From Candidatus Poribacteria bacterium (GTDB taxonomy: Bacteria > Poribacteria > WGA-4E > WGA-3G): a stretch of 64,000 nt of DNA. Position numbers and translations under genes: made by a program. Below the pieces are notes generated by a model, which saw only the letters and a list, made by a program, of their open reading frames with translations, had not been told where the DNA came from and did not search any database. Where the stretch lies: assembly GCA_963665235.2 (NCBI GenBank), contig CAXXLX010000001.1, positions 992,001 to 1,056,000 on the forward strand, in the 5' to 3' direction. Shown here one piece after another: positions 61,880 through 64,000 of the stretch (position 1 is the first letter of the stretch; each line of letters begins with the position of its first letter).

Positions 61880-62623
61880 CTAAAACGTGAACGCTGGAAA
61901 TGCACGGGACGCACCGACCTCTACGATTTCTGCAACTTCAGAGGGACGCTCATGCGGGAGATAATGTCCGGCGTTCGGTATCCATATCCACTCAACATTG
62001 GGATTGGGCGGAATACACAACTTATCCTCGGTTAAACTGTTCCGCCCCATACCCCCAAAGACTTCACAAATAGGGATACGTGCATCCTGAAGGTAGGGAT
62101 AGGCATCGAAATTCTGCACAGATGTCCAGAAGCTGTGCCAGACTTCGGAACTGAAACGGGCACGTGTCTCCGCAGCCTTCCGCCGAATACGCGCAACTTC
62201 GGTTTTGGACAGCCTACCGTACAACCGTCCTGCATCAAAAGCACGGCTTGCAGCGGAGAGGCTTGTCCACCCCTCTAACAACACAAGCCCGGCAACACAT
62301 GAGGATTGACTTGCAACCGCCATCGCAACCATGCCGCCAAGGCTATGTCCAACAAGCAGCACCTCCTGAAGCTTCATAGTCTCTATAAAGCATAAGACAT
62401 CCTCAGCGAGGTTTGCGAATGTAAACGGCTCGGTAGGCACACTGCTCTGTCCATGCCCCCGAAAATCCAGGGCTATGCAACGTAGGGTGTCCGGTATTTT
62501 CGCAAGCACTGCTGTCCAATCCGACACGTCACACCCGGTGCCGTGTAAGAAAAGGATTGGCACCCCCGATTCCCCCGAATTGACGTAAGCCATTTCACCC
62601 CAATATGTTGTAAACGTTTTCAC
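61880..62623 (-). CDS. Alpha/beta hydrolase
   Basis: FLHG, DFRGHGQS, GHSLGG and AGHYLP.E.P motifs. Confidence 0.9.
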   Translation of the reverse strand: MKTFTTYWGEMAYVNSGESGVPILFLHGTGCDVSDWTAVLAKIPDTLRCIALDFRGHGQSSVPTEPFTFANLAEDVLCFIETMKLQEVLLVGHSLGGMVAMAVASQSSCVAGLVLLEGWTSLSAASRAFDAGRLYGRLSKTEVARIRRKAAETRARFSSEVWHSFWTSVQNFDAYPYLQDARIPICEVFGGMGRNSLTEDKLCIPPNPNVEWIWIPNAGHYLPHERPSEVAEIVEVGASRAFPAFTF

Positions 62624-62626
62624 TTG

Positions 62627-63832
62627 CTAATCCAAAAATTGGGCATCCACTGTAGCCCCTGCTGCCAATTTTGCACCAGCGGGTATTGTAATCAATCCGT
62701 TTGCTAGGACGAGCGAATGGAGAATGCCTGAACCTTGTGGGCCAGTTGTTTTAGCGGTATAGTGTCCATCCTGCTCGGTGAGAATTGCACGCATATAATT
62801 AACGCGTCCATCTCTATTCTTGACGCTTTCCGCTAAGACCGCTTTGAAGGTTGGACGTAGTAGGTGGGTATGGCCCGCCATTTTCAGGAGGGCAGGTCTC
62901 ACAAAAAGCTCGAAAACCACTAGGGACGAAACCGGATTACCGGGCAATCCAAAAATCGGTTTTCCATCAGCGATACCGTAAGCCTGCGGTTTTCCGGGTT
63001 TCATTGCGACGCGCCAAAAATTAATCTCACCCAATTTCGCCAACACACTTTTCACCACGTCGTGCTCACCTACGGAGACACCCCCACTAGTAATCAGCGC
63101 GTCAGCCTTTGCCAGCGCGTCCCGAAAAATTCGCTCTGTTTCCGCTTCGTCGTCAGGAGCGATGCCCATATCAATCGGCACACCGCCTGCTTCCTCGACC
63201 TGTGCATAGAGACCGTAGCGGTTGCTGTCCCGAATTTTTCCCGGTTCAAGCCGTTCACCCAACGGTGTCAGCTCATCCCCCGTCGAGACAATCGCGACAG
63301 TCGGTTTTCGATGCACGATAACCTCCGCACAATTGAGAGAAGCAAGCATAGATATCTCCGGCGCACGGAGCAGCTTTCCGGGGGGCATCACCTCTTCCCC
63401 CGCTTTGACGCTCTCTCCTGCAAAACGGACGTTCTGATTTTCCGAGACGTTTTCAAAAATCTTAACACTGTCGCGTGAGAACAGCTCCGTCACTTCTTGC
63501 ATGACAACCGCGTCTGCCCCTTCAGGCATCATCGCACCTGTCATGATACGTGCCGCTTGTCCTGACAAGACCTGTTTTGTAGGGGCATGCCCCGCGGCAA
63601 TGGTTTCCACAACCGAAAGTACGGTCGGATTCTCTTCAGTGGCGGCTTTTACATCTACTGCCCGAACAGCAAAACCATCCATCGCTGAATTGTCAAACGG
63701 CGGGATGTGCTCCGGGGCAGATACCGCCTCGGCAAGGACATAGCCGGCACAATTGAGTATCCCGCGCTTCTCTGTAGATAAAACGGGAATGGTATTTAGC
63801 ATCCGTTGACGCGCTTCATCAACACTTAGCAT
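62627..63832 (-). CDS. moeA: Molybdopterin molybdotransferase
   Basis: PPFDNSAMDGFAV, STGDEL, SGGVSVG, KPGKP and GLPGNP motifs. Confidence 0.95.
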   Translation of the reverse strand: MLSVDEARQRMLNTIPVLSTEKRGILNCAGYVLAEAVSAPEHIPPFDNSAMDGFAVRAVDVKAATEENPTVLSVVETIAAGHAPTKQVLSGQAARIMTGAMMPEGADAVVMQEVTELFSRDSVKIFENVSENQNVRFAGESVKAGEEVMPPGKLLRAPEISMLASLNCAEVIVHRKPTVAIVSTGDELTPLGERLEPGKIRDSNRYGLYAQVEEAGGVPIDMGIAPDDEAETERIFRDALAKADALITSGGVSVGEHDVVKSVLAKLGEINFWRVAMKPGKPQAYGIADGKPIFGLPGNPVSSLVVFELFVRPALLKMAGHTHLLRPTFKAVLAESVKNRDGRVNYMRAILTEQDGHYTAKTTGPQGSGILHSLVLANGLITIPAGAKLAAGATVDAQFLD

Positions 63833-64000
63833 TTTAATCTTTCTCCATTTGTCATAATAAGGTACTCGGACATTTTGTAGCATAAACTTCCTAGTTTGTG
63901 CGGATGCGGAGACAAACTAAAATTTTGTTCTACAACATCGCCGGTAAGTGCCGTTTCGTATACGACAGGCTTACAATGTCCAATTAATTCTAAATCCTAC

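Overview
Bacterial chromosomal window. WD40, TPR and FN3 repeat proteins, a PhyH dioxygenase, a sulfatase-fold protein, TRAP/ABC/SSS transporters and dense intergenic palindromes suggest a sponge-associated lineage such as Candidatus Poribacteria; this is inference only. Core genes are ffh-rpsP-khpA-trmD-rplS-rnhB-yraN, rnpB, nrdJ, cydAB, dsbD and moeA. Highlights: (1) two IS607 elements with GG ends whose TnpB has the rearranged Fanzor-type RuvC site. In both, tnpA is dead but the overlapping tnpB frame stays open. (2) A 500-bp protein-free IS200/IS605-ended cassette with its own sigma70 promoter and a hairpin-rich RNA. (3) A rhodanese with in-frame TGA at the catalytic Cys position, probably a selenoprotein. 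(4) An ABC-ATPase / PLD-like protein / PcfJ candidate defence locus. (5) A MITE family with TWA target duplications carrying 1, 2 or about 15 REP-like units; one copy re-heads an ECF sigma gene and another splits a protease-FN3 gene. All calls come from reading the sequence and ORF track; no searches were run.
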